Origin: Eledone cirrhosa | Taxonomy: Eukaryota | Direction of reading: 5' to 3' | DNA: 64,000 bases | NCBI GenBank assembly: GCA_964016885.1 | Contig: CAXHJY010000013.1 | Span: 1-64,000 of the forward strand | Shown here: positions 61,387 through 64,000 of the stretch, one piece after another | How positions within the stretch are numbered: position 1 is the stretch's first letter | Layout of the letters: each line of letters opens with the position of its first letter | Translations under genes and position numbers: made by a program | The notes under the pieces: model-generated | What the model saw: the letters and a program-made list of their open reading frames with translations, nothing else | What the model was told of the DNA's origin: nothing | Databases searched by the model: none

Positions 61387-62274
61387 ATCATCATCATCAT
61401 CATCATCATCGTTTAACGTCCATATTCCACGCTTGCATGGGTTTGGACGGGGGTTTTCCCACTTGAGGCAAGAGTGGTTGTCTTCCTCGCATAGGACTGT
61501 CTGGCGGGTTTTCTACGGCTGGATACCCTTCCTAACACCAACCACATTTACAGTGTGGAACTGGTAGGTTTTTACCGTGTTGCCTACACGGCCACATTAC
61601 AGCGTGGACTGTGTTTTTTTTTTTGTCGTGACACCTACACAACTTCATTTGTTTCGGGCTGGATGTTGTGCCACCAACATAACTTTACATTGAAGGGGTG
61701 GTGTGGATGGGGGTGGGGGTAGTGGGACGGGGTGTATTTTGTTAGAGGTGCCTACTGACTGTAGTAGGTTTCACTTTGTACTTAGGTAATGCGGGTTTTC
61801 TCTATTACTGTGTAGCGCCAAAGCTCTCGGTCCAGTGACATTGCCTTGGAGAGGTGTAAGTGTGTGAGGTCGGAATTTATCAAGTCGTCCCAGGTTTTTC
61901 TGGGTCTGCCTACTCCGTGGCTACCGTCTATTTTTATTGCCCTCCACTTTTTCATACAGCTGTCGTCTTTCATGCGCATCACGTGACCATACCAACGTAG
62001 TCTACTCTCGAGTAAACATCTGATCCCTCATTTCTAATTTCTCCCTTAGTACGTTTATGCTTTGCCGTTCACGTATGTTACTATTACACATCCAGCGGAG
62101 CATGCAAGCTTCGTTTCTCTCCAGTCTGCGTATATCATCTGCACACAACGCCCAGGTCTCACTGCCATGTAACATTGCTGTTCGTATGCAGGCATCATAC
62201 AGCCTGATAGTGGTATAAGCTCTCTGAATTTTTTCCATCCTGTTCTGACCCTAGCTACTGTACTTTCAGAGCAC
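61387..62274 (-). mobile_element. 5'-truncated RTE-A-related copy with internal deletions
   Basis: C-terminal coding region (CSESTVAR...GRPRKTW), 3' UTR and tail. Confidence 0.93.

Positions 62275-64000
<1,726 letters not shown>

Overview
Repeat-dense, AT-rich metazoan genomic DNA. It is most likely octopus/cephalopod, inferred from the giant (TA)n arrays, GAT-tailed RTE LINEs and tRNA-SINE types. The only host gene I can support is RB1CC1/FIP200 (autophagy scaffold, Atg11/17-like) on the + strand. Its start-codon exon (CDS 54766-54833) and next exon (56732-56858) splice in frame to give MLYVFLVELGQMLTIDTCYTTETVSVLKSHVARLCRIAPDKQVMLVSGGTSLDNSCRVGHYCAGT. The rest is about 13 kb of (TA)n/(TATG)n arrays, a CR1 LINE fragment, a dozen or more RTE-clade LINE copies from two families, tRNA-derived SINEs, hAT, Tc1-mariner and TTAA MITEs, a non-autonomous Helitron, a mariner transposase fossil and minisatellites. 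The most notable observation is that both RTE families carry a C4HC3 PHD-type zinc finger inserted inside the reverse transcriptase. They also tend to insert at AT/TA tracts without target-site duplications and show different 5' UTRs, and one locus has a twin-priming-like inversion. The RB1CC1 leader has a long uORF and an in-frame UAG just upstream of the start codon. No database searches were run, so novelty statements are hypotheses.
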